Shown here: positions 30,001 to 39,821 of the stretch, piece by piece | How positions within the stretch are numbered: position 1 is the first letter of the stretch | Layout: every line of letters starts with the position of its first letter | Assembly: GCA_937926355.1 (NCBI GenBank) | Contig: CALAZP010000190.1 | Span: 40-64,039, forward strand | Length of the DNA: 64,000 bases | Reading direction: 5' to 3' | DNA from: an uncultured Saprospirales bacterium | GTDB lineage: Bacteria > Bacteroidota > Bacteroidia > Chitinophagales > Saprospiraceae | The notes under the pieces: model-generated | Databases searched by the model: none | Told to the model about the DNA's origin: nothing | Seen by the model: only the letters and a program-made list of their open reading frames with translations | Position numbers and translations under genes: made by a program

Positions 30001-32599
30001 CAAGGAGTTCATTTTCAATTACGGTAAGTTAGAAACTGAATATGAATACCTAGAGGAAAATTATACCACAGCCAGAGCAAATAGATCCAAAATAGTCCCC
30101 TTTATTAACAAGTGGGGATACTTTGGTGGTACTGATGCTAGAGGTCATAGCTATAGACTAAATGCATCTGCAGCATTTAGTCCAACAAACTTTTCTCCAA
30201 GTTTTGAGAAGGAAACCCCAGATCCGATGTATCTCACACACGAATGGATGCTATTGGAAGGTGTTCCTGATGGCTATCCCTCGGACAAGATAGAGAGCCA
30301 GAATAGCTACCTCCCATCTAAGATTGATCTTGCAAAAGTAAGAAGCGCAGATCCGGATGATAGTTTATATTTTTCTTCGTTCTTTACTGTCGAGCCCTCG
30401 GATTATCCAAGTCCATACAACATCTCGATCAACACTACAAAGGAACTGTTTACTCCATTTACTTACAACAGATCTACTGGATTTTATGATACAGTATTTA
30501 GAGGAGCTAAAATTTCTTTGAGAAGAAGAAGTACAGTTGCTGATCCACAAACGGATCTTGAAAAATATGTACCTAACTATAGGGGTTTCGAGGATTATAA
30601 GTTTGCTTCAGTGTTAAGGGTAGTTCCTGAAACTCAAAACACTATACAATCCCCAGTTAGTTACGAAATTATTGAAAACACACAACAGAAGTGTGTGCTT
30701 TTTGTTTGTCAAATCGTTGTTAAAGATTATAGGGCATTACCATTGGGTTATACTGGTGGGACTGGGGGTAATCCTACTGTTGACTATCTACTACTCTATA
30801 GTCTGAGCGATAAGAAAAAAGATGCTGGTGTTGGGGTAACTGGAACTACTGGAGCAACAGGTGTTCCCTTATACGAGATAGATGATATTAAGCTAAGTGC
30901 TGCTTTGGATCTTTCTATGACCTCTGATAGCTCCGTGACACAATTTACAAATCCTGGATTTATCTACACCCTTCCAAATCCGAATTATGATACAGATCTT
31001 AGAGAAGAAATTAACACAATATATCCTGTTGGTGGTACCGGTTCTCTTTCCGCTACTGGGAAGGGTAGCTTTAGTGTTCCTGCTATAAGCTCTACTTATC
31101 CATGGCCAACTGGAAGATCTAAGAATCTGGCCTCTTTTGGGCCGGTGGGTACTAATTATACATTCACCATTCCTTTTGCGTTTGGCTCTCCGGTTACTGT
31201 TCCAGTTGGACCTAAGAGTGCTTATGGAAACAATCCGGTTTTCCAGCTGGAGGGAGGGGAAAAATACTTTGATTTCCTAATTAGGAGAATTTCCCTTTCA
31301 CAAATCTCGGATCGTGTAAATAACGAAAGCCCCTATATAAAATACCTTACATATTCTTGGAATGTTGATACACAAACAACTGAGGTCAGGAGCGATTACT
31401 TCCAAATCTATATGCAGCAGCCAACAGCCCTGCACAGATCAACTGGGGCATATCCAGTTGCAGACTATTCAGGACCACAAACATTAGGGCAGAACCAGCC
31501 CACTGGGTATCAGATAAATGTTGGGGCTAACTATGCTGCTGATATCTTAAGGTATGCTGGTAAGTATGAGCCTCTTTTCAATAAGGTTATTAGATATAAA
31601 AACGATAAAACTGATTCTATTACAGGCTATTCTTCTGTGGACTTGAGTTATAGAAACTGTACCTTTGCTCCGGAGAAGATTAACTTTGGAACTGTTAAGA
31701 ACCTAAATTACAGCAAGGTTTCCCTTGGGAGAAATATACTTGAAAAGTCAGTTAATCTTCCACTTGGACCCGTCTATCCGCTAGTTGGAGAAACTCCAAT
31801 TGCAAGAAAGGACTTTTCTGTATTTCTGTCAACTTGGGATCCTGGATATTTTAACCTTTACACCTCGGCTGTCCAAAATACTCCAGTTGCTGGAACTAGA
31901 TCTATGAGAGAGAATAAGTCTTTCCTAGGTTCTAAAATGATGCAAACTCCTTATACAATTACTACCTATACCTTTATAACTTTGGAAGTTAATAGGACCA
32001 CTGGAGAGACCGATGTACAGAAGATTAATCTCGAAGCAAAAGAAGCTTTAAGCCAGATTCAAAATATAACACCGCAAACATCCAATACTGGAATCGGTCA
32101 GTTGGGAGCGGTATTTTCGAATGTGGATCTTCAAGTTTTTGACGAAGGGATTTACCCTGACGTTGAGGTTTTTTGGCAAAAAGATACAAGAACTAATACC
32201 CTTTATGGATCTATAAGATTGGATAGAATATTAAGAAGATACCTCTTGAATGCCGGAATAAGTAAGGTGTTTGTGGATAATATGATAAGCGAATTTGGTG
32301 TTGGTGATCCAGAGAGTATTAATGATGATATCAAAACATACATCGACAAGAATATAGTTCCAATCTACCAGGGAATAACCTTTGATCTGTTTGTTAAAAA
32401 GACCGGAACAGACTTAAGTTCTACCGAACTATTATTAAGAGGTGATTTAACAAGCCCTGATAGGATTAGATATTCTTACTATTCAGAACCAAATTACAAG
32501 CTAACCAAGAGAAATTCTCTTTCGTATGCTTTTGAGCTTCCATTAGAAAGTGGTAAAAACTATTCTACAACATTTACTTTCCAGATTGAAAAAATATAG
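27071..32599 (+). CDS. Giant virion structural protein, 1842 aa, with an internal CBM5/12-like carbohydrate-binding motif
   Basis: W-x6-Y-x2-GD-V-x6-YYQA...P...NW at 29048-29182; size and position. Confidence 0.5.
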   Translation: MASPKLFDYNSSFGLLRTNPKITGNVKISLDSSGGVWLNSFNANPTLSTEKFKKFQVTGKDSYATDLYNFFDKGSVANDLIFQVGEFTDGSSKAQEDFEFQYDFFYGSGASTLIDKNYTENFRYFQPLWLRNELPEFFVIFKVPNPVSYPYTTNVTRIRTSVKYKLIQDPESTETFQIAYGKDNSGQDIFYTANQIFEGLSLYNSYTVVSGSGKVAEMDELKYQPNVDDVESFFNSKILPNASVVATFDLRSGTKIGNYIRSIVNNKNYKQSPIDFSFQQNTYTYYNGVSIKDGVFTERGELLYDYLIDPQSSIQSDFENYVTDGFQRNGVICSNVLNMEFLFNDPDSDLYTINRYFGFYVSKNDLGEFFLNGDFFYNFRNSTGNLNLPKPSRNNIGHYEDNRSNYQSSTGGVRFYYEGASGWIPGSYDVNVNDPQKLYYITDKSDRFYSLKRYENYNSTTKTWADNAPEYAQYGPYDGTTFGVTGNTSLTTGSLVLGNSSVNLQNFTGYGDKIGSIKGILPRSNGRANIGIEFTENEPSVAEIVFKIFWPNGSKSESAGRYDLIKSGEFGGTLVGWKAGSSYNVGDEHFFNAIDGDTEDIASSFCECVTSISDVVWDSAPSSSTSVIRTKASGTKVNSEYRVAVYDDYATFESLYVGVWDNTSPYSAGDVVLSQNKYYQASNNIPAAVPGSENVSPDLDPTNWQVYSTFSQSGFVKISGSDASTLSGPVSFSGGTDYPLCRVAFDIKEVNKVIPGNYIQVTSGSGVTGGASMVEIVTRYVEDPAIDSNGKVSGFRGYNELLVANLRDQKAVIDLGTSQSFNLFEMPKVKTGVFSFFDIKDFDFDFWSSEYGETPTSEFHRYFQLLPDIQGQIKDGVKYLVKSGEIVVDIGTVNQRTIPAGGAFIGSSVDFFRDSGFTNSGVSSIVVPAIFTQIEWKTPSSSYPSKAINFEKNLDSFDGFFGIQSINETQSVTQSNTKEFIFNYGKLETEYEYLEENYTTARANRSKIVPFINKWGYFGGTDARGHSYRLNASAAFSPTNFSPSFEKETPDPMYLTHEWMLLEGVPDGYPSDKIESQNSYLPSKIDLAKVRSADPDDSLYFSSFFTVEPSDYPSPYNISINTTKELFTPFTYNRSTGFYDTVFRGAKISLRRRSTVADPQTDLEKYVPNYRGFEDYKFASVLRVVPETQNTIQSPVSYEIIENTQQKCVLFVCQIVVKDYRALPLGYTGGTGGNPTVDYLLLYSLSDKKKDAGVGVTGTTGATGVPLYEIDDIKLSAALDLSMTSDSSVTQFTNPGFIYTLPNPNYDTDLREEINTIYPVGGTGSLSATGKGSFSVPAISSTYPWPTGRSKNLASFGPVGTNYTFTIPFAFGSPVTVPVGPKSAYGNNPVFQLEGGEKYFDFLIRRISLSQISDRVNNESPYIKYLTYSWNVDTQTTEVRSDYFQIYMQQPTALHRSTGAYPVADYSGPQTLGQNQPTGYQINVGANYAADILRYAGKYEPLFNKVIRYKNDKTDSITGYSSVDLSYRNCTFAPEKINFGTVKNLNYSKVSLGRNILEKSVNLPLGPVYPLVGETPIARKDFSVFLSTWDPGYFNLYTSAVQNTPVAGTRSMRENKSFLGSKMMQTPYTITTYTFITLEVNRTTGETDVQKINLEAKEALSQIQNITPQTSNTGIGQLGAVFSNVDLQVFDEGIYPDVEVFWQKDTRTNTLYGSIRLDRILRRYLLNAGISKVFVDNMISEFGVGDPESINDDIKTYIDKNIVPIYQGITFDLFVKKTGTDLSSTELLLRGDLTSPDRIRYSYYSEPNYKLTKRNSLSYAFELPLESGKNYSTTFTFQIEKI

Positions 32600-32616
32600 G
32601 GGATTAAGTTAATTGG

Positions 32617-32624
32617 AATATATA
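32617..32624 (+). promoter_or_regulatory. Variant octamer AATATATA (candidate promoter element)
   Basis: Context ttggAATATATAaac; 20 nt upstream of the ATG at 32645. Confidence 0.3.
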
Positions 32625-32644
32625 AACAAAGATAAAAGAAGAAA

Positions 32645-34147
32645 ATGCCGAGTCTGAACATAAAAGCTTTAAACGCTGGAGATACCCAGGAGTCTATCAG
32701 GGAAAAGGTAAACTCAAACTTCGACTCAATTGTAGCAGCTGGCGGAGGTCCACAAGGACAACAGGGTGAGCAAGGAGAACAGGGACCGATTGGACCAGCG
32801 GGTCCTAAAGGAGATCCAGGTCAAGAAGGCTTGAGGGGAACTAAATGGTTTGTCCAGGGTTCTGAACCTCTTGGAGGACCGAGCAATCCTATTAGAATCG
32901 GCGATTATTGGGTTCAAACTCTTCTTAATAACTCTATCTATGAATACACAGATTTGGGCTGGATCGATACCGGTCAAAACTTAAAAGCATCTGAGGTTTT
33001 TGAGGTCGTAGCTGGCATCTCTGGACCTACCGGAGGTAAGGATGCTATCGTTATCAGTAGTCCCTTCCCGGAGCTTAATACACTAGTGATTAGTGATTCT
33101 GCAGCTGCAACTTCTACTATAAACCCCACTTATGCTAAGTTTCTGATTTCGTCGAACGGAAGCAATGATTACCCCATCATAGAGTTTTCTAAAACAAACG
33201 TTGGTGGGATTGGAACCCCAGCTGATTATAATAGACATCCACAATTTAGATGGTTAGATGCTGCTGGAAGTAATTACAATTTGCTCTTTTCTGTACCCCA
33301 GGATGATTTTTCTTTAATATCCGGAGGAAGTATGCTTTTGCAGTCGACTTCTTCTACCCTTAACATCTCTGGTAATGGTGGATTAAATATCACATCGGGT
33401 TCTCAAATGACTTTCACCTCAACTGGTGCAATGTCCTTCTCTTCTGGAACATCCTTAATGACTTTTTCTTCTCAGAAATTTAATTTAACATCGTCATTGT
33501 TGGCTCTTAATGTTCCTATGACCATAAGCGGCGTGACATCGCAATCCCCACTACTTAGTCTTCTTAGTAGTGGTTCTGGGGACACTCTAAAAATTCAGTC
33601 TACTTCCTCTTCTTCTTCGTACTATCTTCTTAGACTACTAAGTGCTAGTACTGAAAGATTTAGTGTCAGAAACGATGGTAAGGTAACATTCCAAAGACAG
33701 GTTAATGCTACTAACAATACCCCCTCCAGTTCAACTTCTTTCAGCATTAGTATTAGTGGTATTACTTATGATAGCTGGTTCTATGGTCCTGCCTCAGGTA
33801 TAGTAGGAACTGTTAATACCTACGATTTTGGTCCAGGAAATATTATGTATGCGGATTGGACGACATCAAACCAAAGAATTCTTGGAGTTCCTAACACATC
33901 TGGCAACAGTAATGCTTGGCGAACTTATTTAGCCAGTGATGAATCTATTGTTTTAAAGTATTATGCAGCTAACGGGAAAGAAATAGATGGAATTACATCT
34001 CAAAACGGATCGCCTCCGACAACAATAGGTAACTATACTATTTTTTCTACTGCTGCTAAATCGGTTGAAGTTGTTATTTTAAAAGTTGGAGCAACACCAA
34101 AATGCTACTGGTCTACTTGTGCTGGAGAATGTGGAGTTTTATTCTAA
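32645..34147 (+). CDS. Collagen-like tail fibre protein (paralog 1)
   Basis: 11 G-X-Y triplets (aa 35-67, nt 32747-32845), the N-terminal adaptor motif, and a post-collagen W..GD.W...Y.Y...W motif. Confidence 0.75.
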   Translation: MPSLNIKALNAGDTQESIREKVNSNFDSIVAAGGGPQGQQGEQGEQGPIGPAGPKGDPGQEGLRGTKWFVQGSEPLGGPSNPIRIGDYWVQTLLNNSIYEYTDLGWIDTGQNLKASEVFEVVAGISGPTGGKDAIVISSPFPELNTLVISDSAAATSTINPTYAKFLISSNGSNDYPIIEFSKTNVGGIGTPADYNRHPQFRWLDAAGSNYNLLFSVPQDDFSLISGGSMLLQSTSSTLNISGNGGLNITSGSQMTFTSTGAMSFSSGTSLMTFSSQKFNLTSSLLALNVPMTISGVTSQSPLLSLLSSGSGDTLKIQSTSSSSSYYLLRLLSASTERFSVRNDGKVTFQRQVNATNNTPSSSTSFSISISGITYDSWFYGPASGIVGTVNTYDFGPGNIMYADWTTSNQRILGVPNTSGNSNAWRTYLASDESIVLKYYAANGKEIDGITSQNGSPPTTIGNYTIFSTAAKSVEVVILKVGATPKCYWSTCAGECGVLF

Positions 34148-34155
34148 TATAGGAA

Positions 34156-35715
34156 ATGGCTGACTTTAATACAAAATACATATTACCAGGTGATGATAAG
34201 GATACTATCATCAATAAGATAAATCACAATTTCTATCAGGTATTTTTTAATGGAGTTGGTGAGAAGGGTCCTGTTGGTAATGTGGGGCCTACAGGGATTA
34301 GAGGACAAGCTGGTAGGGACGGCATACCCGGTGCTACTGGAGAAAGAGCTGCTGAGTGGTTTTTCTCGTCTACTGAACCTATTGATTCTGTTTCACAGGA
34401 CGGCGATATCTGGATTAATATAGGGATAACCGGAGGACAGCAAGTTTACGTTTACACCTCGGGATCTTGGATTTACAGTGGGCAAACGCTTTTATCTTCT
34501 GGTGTATTTTCGACAATAACTGGTATTTCTGGTCCTGGTAATTCCACTTCAAGTAATGCCATTTATATTAATGCTAGCCAGGGAGATAAAACTTTTGTGC
34601 TATCAGACTCAATTGGTGCAACAGCATCCATGAATCCTAACTTTTCTAAAGTTATGGTTTCAACAGATGCCTCTCAAACTGCTGATTTTCCAATTTTTGG
34701 GTTTGCAAAGACATTTTTGCCACAGTCTAGTGGAAATATTGTAGAAATGAAATGGGGTGAGACGGGTAGCTCTTACAACCATAGCTGGACTTTTCCAGAT
34801 GAACTGAGGATGCAAAGTGGTCTTTCTTCGGCCTACTCTGCTACTGGAGGTACTATGAACTTAACCTCCCCCAGCGAAAGCGTGGCTGGCTCTTCCCAGA
34901 GTTTTACCAACTTCACTGCCGCGACCGGAACAAGCGGGGCTTTTGCATTTTCTACACCTTCCGTTTTAAGTTTTACTTCTTCTTTGGTTAATTTATCAGC
35001 ATCCTCCTTCTCTGTAACATTGTCAGCTCCTGGTGGGACTGGATATATTGCAGCCCCAGTTACCCCGTATGTTCCGTTGGTAAGTATCTCTGGATCTGGA
35101 TCTGGAATAAATGTTACAGCATCCTCTGAAACTTCCGATGAGCTGCTACAGATATTAAACACCACTGACCAGGATTTAATTAAATCCGGGAGAACAAATA
35201 AATTCGTATTTGGATCTGTTGGGGCAACAGGACTCAAAAAGGTCAAGGGAATTACTACTACCTCCCAAAATTTCTTATCTGACGGAACAGATTCATATGT
35301 ACTCTGTGGCAACCCGACAAATGATGTGTGTGTTATTACTCCGCCTCCTTCAGGTAGTCCAACTGCTAACGGAAAGGCTAATCGAGTAATGCTGTCCTTA
35401 GGCAGTAACTTTTCTTGGGCTAGTGAACTAGTGAATACTGGACAGAGCAGAACGTTTGATTTCTTTATGAATAGTTCTACATATTCCTTTGGTGGAATAA
35501 GAGTACTCCCTGCTTCTGGCCTTGGTTCTCCAACCAGAGTTTATATAGACGATAACGCTGCTGGCCCAACAGGATGCCAGCATATTAGAATTACTTTTTT
35601 CCCTTCGGGTGTCACTGAGAAGTTTCACTACGAAGCATTTTCTGATGGTAATTATAAATGTGGACAAATAACATACACGTTAGCAATAGCTGAAGGACCT
35701 CTTATAGTGATATGA
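34156..35715 (+). CDS. Collagen-like tail fibre protein (paralog 2)
   Basis: 10 G-X-Y triplets (aa 35-64, nt 34258-34347). G12-D13, N23, N25-F26, G35 and W68 are at identical positions to paralog 1. Confidence 0.75.
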   Translation: MADFNTKYILPGDDKDTIINKINHNFYQVFFNGVGEKGPVGNVGPTGIRGQAGRDGIPGATGERAAEWFFSSTEPIDSVSQDGDIWINIGITGGQQVYVYTSGSWIYSGQTLLSSGVFSTITGISGPGNSTSSNAIYINASQGDKTFVLSDSIGATASMNPNFSKVMVSTDASQTADFPIFGFAKTFLPQSSGNIVEMKWGETGSSYNHSWTFPDELRMQSGLSSAYSATGGTMNLTSPSESVAGSSQSFTNFTAATGTSGAFAFSTPSVLSFTSSLVNLSASSFSVTLSAPGGTGYIAAPVTPYVPLVSISGSGSGINVTASSETSDELLQILNTTDQDLIKSGRTNKFVFGSVGATGLKKVKGITTTSQNFLSDGTDSYVLCGNPTNDVCVITPPPSGSPTANGKANRVMLSLGSNFSWASELVNTGQSRTFDFFMNSSTYSFGGIRVLPASGLGSPTRVYIDDNAAGPTGCQHIRITFFPSGVTEKFHYEAFSDGNYKCGQITYTLAIAEGPLIVI

Positions 35716-35752
35716 TTTTAACTTATAAAAATTTTGGATAAATATAACTAAG

Positions 35753-35989
35753 ATGGAATTGACAAAGGAAGAGAGGGAAAGAGCTAATATGCTTAAGAAT
35801 AGATTTTCTTCGGTTAGGGAAGAGATTGAAACAGTACAAGCGGAAATGGATATACTAAATGCAAAGGCTGGTACTTTGATCAGAGAACTGGAGGAATTAA
35901 GAGACCAGGAATCCAAGTTTGTTGGTAATCTAAAAGAAAAATATGGGGAAGGTACTCTAGACCCATTTAAACTAATTTATATGAAATGA
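35753..35989 (+). CDS. Small coiled-coil protein, 78 aa
   Basis: Charged heptad-like sequence; overlaps the next ORF by 4 nt (ATGA). Confidence 0.45.
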   Translation: MELTKEERERANMLKNRFSSVREEIETVQAEMDILNAKAGTLIRELEELRDQESKFVGNLKEKYGEGTLDPFKLIYMK

Positions 35990-36801
35990 CAACAATTTTG
36001 GGTAAAATCTGGTCTGTAGTCAACAGCAAAATTGGACCTATAATAGCCATAGTGGTATTAGCTTTCCTGCTCCTAAGACAGTGTAATATATCACAGGACG
36101 CCAAGAGAGAAGCTGAAAGAAATATGAACAACCTACTTGCAGAGCAAGATAGTGTTCGGGAGGTATCATCAAAGCTAGGTAACGTACTTGCAGAAAAGTC
36201 TGCTTTTCAGCTTAAGTATAATGAGCTTTCTGCAGAGCAGGAAGAATTGATAAAACAACTTGAGCTTGCTAAAAACAAAAAGCCAGGAGTAATCATAGAG
36301 ACTCAAGTAGTTTATAGAGATACAACTATTATGGTACCGGTAGAAAATGAAATTGGAGATAGCACAAGTTCCCTTAAATTTACTTACAATCCTATTTTAC
36401 CTGGTAACAATCGTTTGATGGTAAGTGGTAAACTACCTTATACTACCAGAGATACTGTTTTAGGAGGAGTTGAAAGAACTCTAATTAATCCAGGGTCTGT
36501 TAATTTATTGATTGAGCAGAAAATAGATCTCGTTACTGGTTTATATAGAGATCCGAAAACCGATAGGCTTTATGTAAGGGCCTCAACAACTTTTCCCGGC
36601 ATTTCTTTTAACGATATAAACGCCTTGGATATGGTTGATGCTCCGGGGACACGAAAAGCTTTAAGAGGTGCTAGAAAGCCCTTTGGTATTGGAGTAAATG
36701 TAGGTTATGGGATGGTAATTACAACAAACGGTTATCAGGCTGGGCCTGTCATTGGGGTTGGTCTTCATTACTCCCCGAAATTCTTGCAGTTTGGTAAATA
36801 A
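35986..36801 (+). CDS. Membrane-anchored protein: N-terminal TM helix, coiled coil, beta-rich C-terminus
   Basis: IGPIIAIVVLAFLLL TM segment, then a coiled coil (NNLLAEQDSVREV...EELIKQLELAKNKK). Confidence 0.45.
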   Translation: MTTILGKIWSVVNSKIGPIIAIVVLAFLLLRQCNISQDAKREAERNMNNLLAEQDSVREVSSKLGNVLAEKSAFQLKYNELSAEQEELIKQLELAKNKKPGVIIETQVVYRDTTIMVPVENEIGDSTSSLKFTYNPILPGNNRLMVSGKLPYTTRDTVLGGVERTLINPGSVNLLIEQKIDLVTGLYRDPKTDRLYVRASTTFPGISFNDINALDMVDAPGTRKALRGARKPFGIGVNVGYGMVITTNGYQAGPVIGVGLHYSPKFLQFGK

Positions 36802-36812
36802 AGAAAGATAAA

Positions 36813-39272
36813 ATGGCATTTTCAACAACATCAAAATTTGTTCAATTAACCCCATATTTGGTTATGGAGTACATGTATGCTGACCAGCCAAATCCTGAAA
36901 CGTATTTTGTGAACACTGGATTTCCAGCTGTCGGATTCAACAAATTAGTTAATGGTGTATTTGAGGATGAAAATGGACAGCCCTCTAATGACATCCAAAT
37001 AATGAATTTGGATCAGGATCAATCGGTTACGCAAAATACTAGGAATAACAGCGTTGTCCGTACCAACCAGAATACCTTTGTTACCCTGGATCCGAGTTTG
37101 ATAGTTCCATATAATGACTTCAATTCAAATCTAACCGACACTGCAAATCTACAGATCACATTTCCTTCTAATATCCAAGTTATTTATGATTCCATAAGGT
37201 ATCACATTTTAGCGGGATATAATCTGGATAATGTTGATGGACTGGTGTTGCAGGTACAATACCCTGATGTTGATAGTTCATTTGTTACCTTTTCTCAGAT
37301 AAAGTTATCAAAGGGATCCTCTCAAACTTATACGTTAAATCCAAATCCAGTAACCATTGGATCTAGTATTTATGACAAGTATTATGAGGTAAAAGTTCCA
37401 AGCCTTGTTGATATGAACAACAAGTATGCTGTAGCAACCGCTCCAAATAAACCAAATACGTTAGCTGGGCTAACTAGTAAGAGTGGTAGAGGATATCAGA
37501 CTGCTGCTCCTATTAGGATAAATGCTTACGAGATTCTAAGCACTACTACCACTAATGGTTACGATACCTATGGAGTAGATCTTTTAGCATCTCTATCGCT
37601 TGAGTCTACCGACCCCTTTAAGAATATTGGTGCATATATTGCTCCTTCGGACCAGGGAGATTATTTCGAATATTTCGCAACAGATAATGGCGGATTCCCG
37701 GAGGATTTTATACTTTTCCAGAATTCGATCGGAAACAGTTATTATCTAAATCACTCAATCGAAACCTTGGAGCAGGTTGGTGGTGCATTGCTAAACACAT
37801 CAAACTTTAGCAACATCCAAACAACTGCTTATGACGTTCCAAATCTTTTAAGACCTATTGTTAGATATCCGCAGGTAGCTTCTTCTTTTACCTTAAGGTA
37901 CACTATGACCTTGGTAAACAATAAAGATCAATCCAGATTGATTAGGATTGCAACTTATACCTCGACGGATGTCAGTAGGTATGGTGCTAACATTCAGCCA
38001 TTGCAGCTACAGGTTTTACCCCAACAACAAAAAATTTATAATAAAGTTGCTGCGGGAGTAAGCATTTCAGTACCCGGAAATAAAAATGTACCTAAGCAGA
38101 TAACAAAGTTTTCTAATGTCTTTATCGACAGAACCTTGGTAAATACAACTCTTACCAATTTAATTGTTAATGGAACGACCTTAACTGAAGACAATTCTAA
38201 TGAGACTACCGAAACTGCTGCAGTTTCATATGGTGTGGGCAAAGCTTACATTACAGTTTCCCCTTTTGATAACTATTATAAGTTTACCTTTTTCCGGAAG
38301 GCAAATGATGGAACTATAAGAAACATAGATCTTTCTTCCTCTGGAGAGTATTCCATGGTTTTCATCAATAACCAAAATAGGAAAGTTAGTGCTCCTTCTA
38401 TAGTTGATAATAACATTGCTAAACCTGCTAATGGAGAGCTTGCTTTTAAGGTTGATGAAACGTTATCAACCCAAATATTGCAATTCACTAACAAGAAATT
38501 CTACATTTCCAACCGGCCAATAGTTGAATCTGAAACCAAATCCAGCAATTTCAAGGTTTCTAGACTAAATAAGGTTGCATCTAAGCTTGCTTCAAGATCT
38601 GTTTCTTTAAATGATTCCATAACCGAATTAAGAGCGGAAAGTGTGAGAAGATCCGAGCAACAGACATCGGTAAAAATTGGTACAGCTAGAATTTCCTCTA
38701 AATCTTCCTCTGTGCTTTATTGGGGAAATTGGATTAGCGAGGGTGAAAGTGTTCCTACACCGAATGTGATTACAAACGAGGCTCTAACTAGTTCAAGAGG
38801 TGCGCTTGATGCTCTAGCTGTCATAACACAAAGAACACCTGCTGTTGGAAAGCCATCTTGGCAAAAGTTTGGATCCATCTCTGGTAATTTACAGGCTAAC
38901 ACCACGTCGACAGTAAATCCAGGCAGAGGAAATAACCAAACTACTAACTTAAGTCCTTCACAACTTAGAAGTGCTATTGCATCTGATGTGCAAGGAAAAA
39001 TAGGACTTGGATGGATTACACCCGACATACTCTCTTATTTCTTAGACCCTTCTGGAACAGGATATAAGCTTTATGGTGGAATCACAAAAGAAGTTTTTGA
39101 GCAAGCAGTAGCTGGTATATTTGGCGGAGAAGATTTAGCACTACTTCTAAATTACGGAAACACCTCTTCAGGTAGAACAAACGGTGGAAGTGCATCTCAG
39201 GGCGGATCTAATAGTAATCAGACTGGAAGCGACAGCGGTAGTCCAAACAGGGGTCCTCAGTTCCCAAAATAA
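36813..39272 (+). CDS. Virion structural protein, 819 aa, with a Gly/Ser/Asn-rich C-terminal tail
   Basis: Long ORF, Met-Ala start like other structural genes; no motif recognised. Confidence 0.4.
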   Translation: MAFSTTSKFVQLTPYLVMEYMYADQPNPETYFVNTGFPAVGFNKLVNGVFEDENGQPSNDIQIMNLDQDQSVTQNTRNNSVVRTNQNTFVTLDPSLIVPYNDFNSNLTDTANLQITFPSNIQVIYDSIRYHILAGYNLDNVDGLVLQVQYPDVDSSFVTFSQIKLSKGSSQTYTLNPNPVTIGSSIYDKYYEVKVPSLVDMNNKYAVATAPNKPNTLAGLTSKSGRGYQTAAPIRINAYEILSTTTTNGYDTYGVDLLASLSLESTDPFKNIGAYIAPSDQGDYFEYFATDNGGFPEDFILFQNSIGNSYYLNHSIETLEQVGGALLNTSNFSNIQTTAYDVPNLLRPIVRYPQVASSFTLRYTMTLVNNKDQSRLIRIATYTSTDVSRYGANIQPLQLQVLPQQQKIYNKVAAGVSISVPGNKNVPKQITKFSNVFIDRTLVNTTLTNLIVNGTTLTEDNSNETTETAAVSYGVGKAYITVSPFDNYYKFTFFRKANDGTIRNIDLSSSGEYSMVFINNQNRKVSAPSIVDNNIAKPANGELAFKVDETLSTQILQFTNKKFYISNRPIVESETKSSNFKVSRLNKVASKLASRSVSLNDSITELRAESVRRSEQQTSVKIGTARISSKSSSVLYWGNWISEGESVPTPNVITNEALTSSRGALDALAVITQRTPAVGKPSWQKFGSISGNLQANTTSTVNPGRGNNQTTNLSPSQLRSAIASDVQGKIGLGWITPDILSYFLDPSGTGYKLYGGITKEVFEQAVAGIFGGEDLALLLNYGNTSSGRTNGGSASQGGSNSNQTGSDSGSPNRGPQFPK

Positions 39273-39290
39273 TTCATAATAGGATTCTGT

Positions 39291-39821
39291 ATGTTCCTTC
39301 ATAGAAGAGGCAAACAATTTTCTACAAGACCTTTCAAAAAGCCCACTTGGGATTTATTTAGGTTGTGGCTTAGGGATTATCTAAATGAAAATCCTAACCT
39401 AAAGTATGATATACTCTTAGTCGGTGCCTTTTGTGAGAATATTTTTGGGGAATCTGATAAAAAATATGATACCCTGGATGTTGATATCGCTTTATGTGGG
39501 GGGATCACAGATTTACAGAACTTGAGAGGTGGACTGATAAGTGCTTTTGAAATTGGTAAAAAATATGATTTGCTGATAGATGTTGCTTGGAGAAGCCACC
39601 TTTTGTCTTCCGTGCAGGGATCTATCGGGCAGGAGAAGATAATTACTTACTTTGATGTTGAGGATATTGATGATAAAGGAGATGGAAGAGTATATACTAT
39701 GAGTGGGACAGTTACTCCATTATCGGAAGATCTTTACCACTTCAGGGATTATGATCTTACCTCTGCATTAAAGAAATTTAATGAGAGAGAATATACTGTC
39801 CCTTTTAAAAAAATTGCATAG
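39291..39821 (+). CDS. Hypothetical protein, 176 aa (weak Pol-beta nucleotidyltransferase-like pattern)
   Basis: LLVGAF...DTLDVDIAL...LLIDVAW; spacing is longer than the canonical G[SG]x9-13DxD. Confidence 0.25.
   Translation: MFLHRRGKQFSTRPFKKPTWDLFRLWLRDYLNENPNLKYDILLVGAFCENIFGESDKKYDTLDVDIALCGGITDLQNLRGGLISAFEIGKKYDLLIDVAWRSHLLSSVQGSIGQEKIITYFDVEDIDDKGDGRVYTMSGTVTPLSEDLYHFRDYDLTSALKKFNEREYTVPFKKIA

Noticed and set aside
31334-31345. TATATAAAATAC 12-mer inside the 1842-aa gene, identical to the 3' part of the 40383 promoter-like element
   Set aside because: It lacks the leading GA, lies deep inside a coding region and has no downstream start. It is probably chance in AT-rich DNA, although an internal promoter cannot be excluded.
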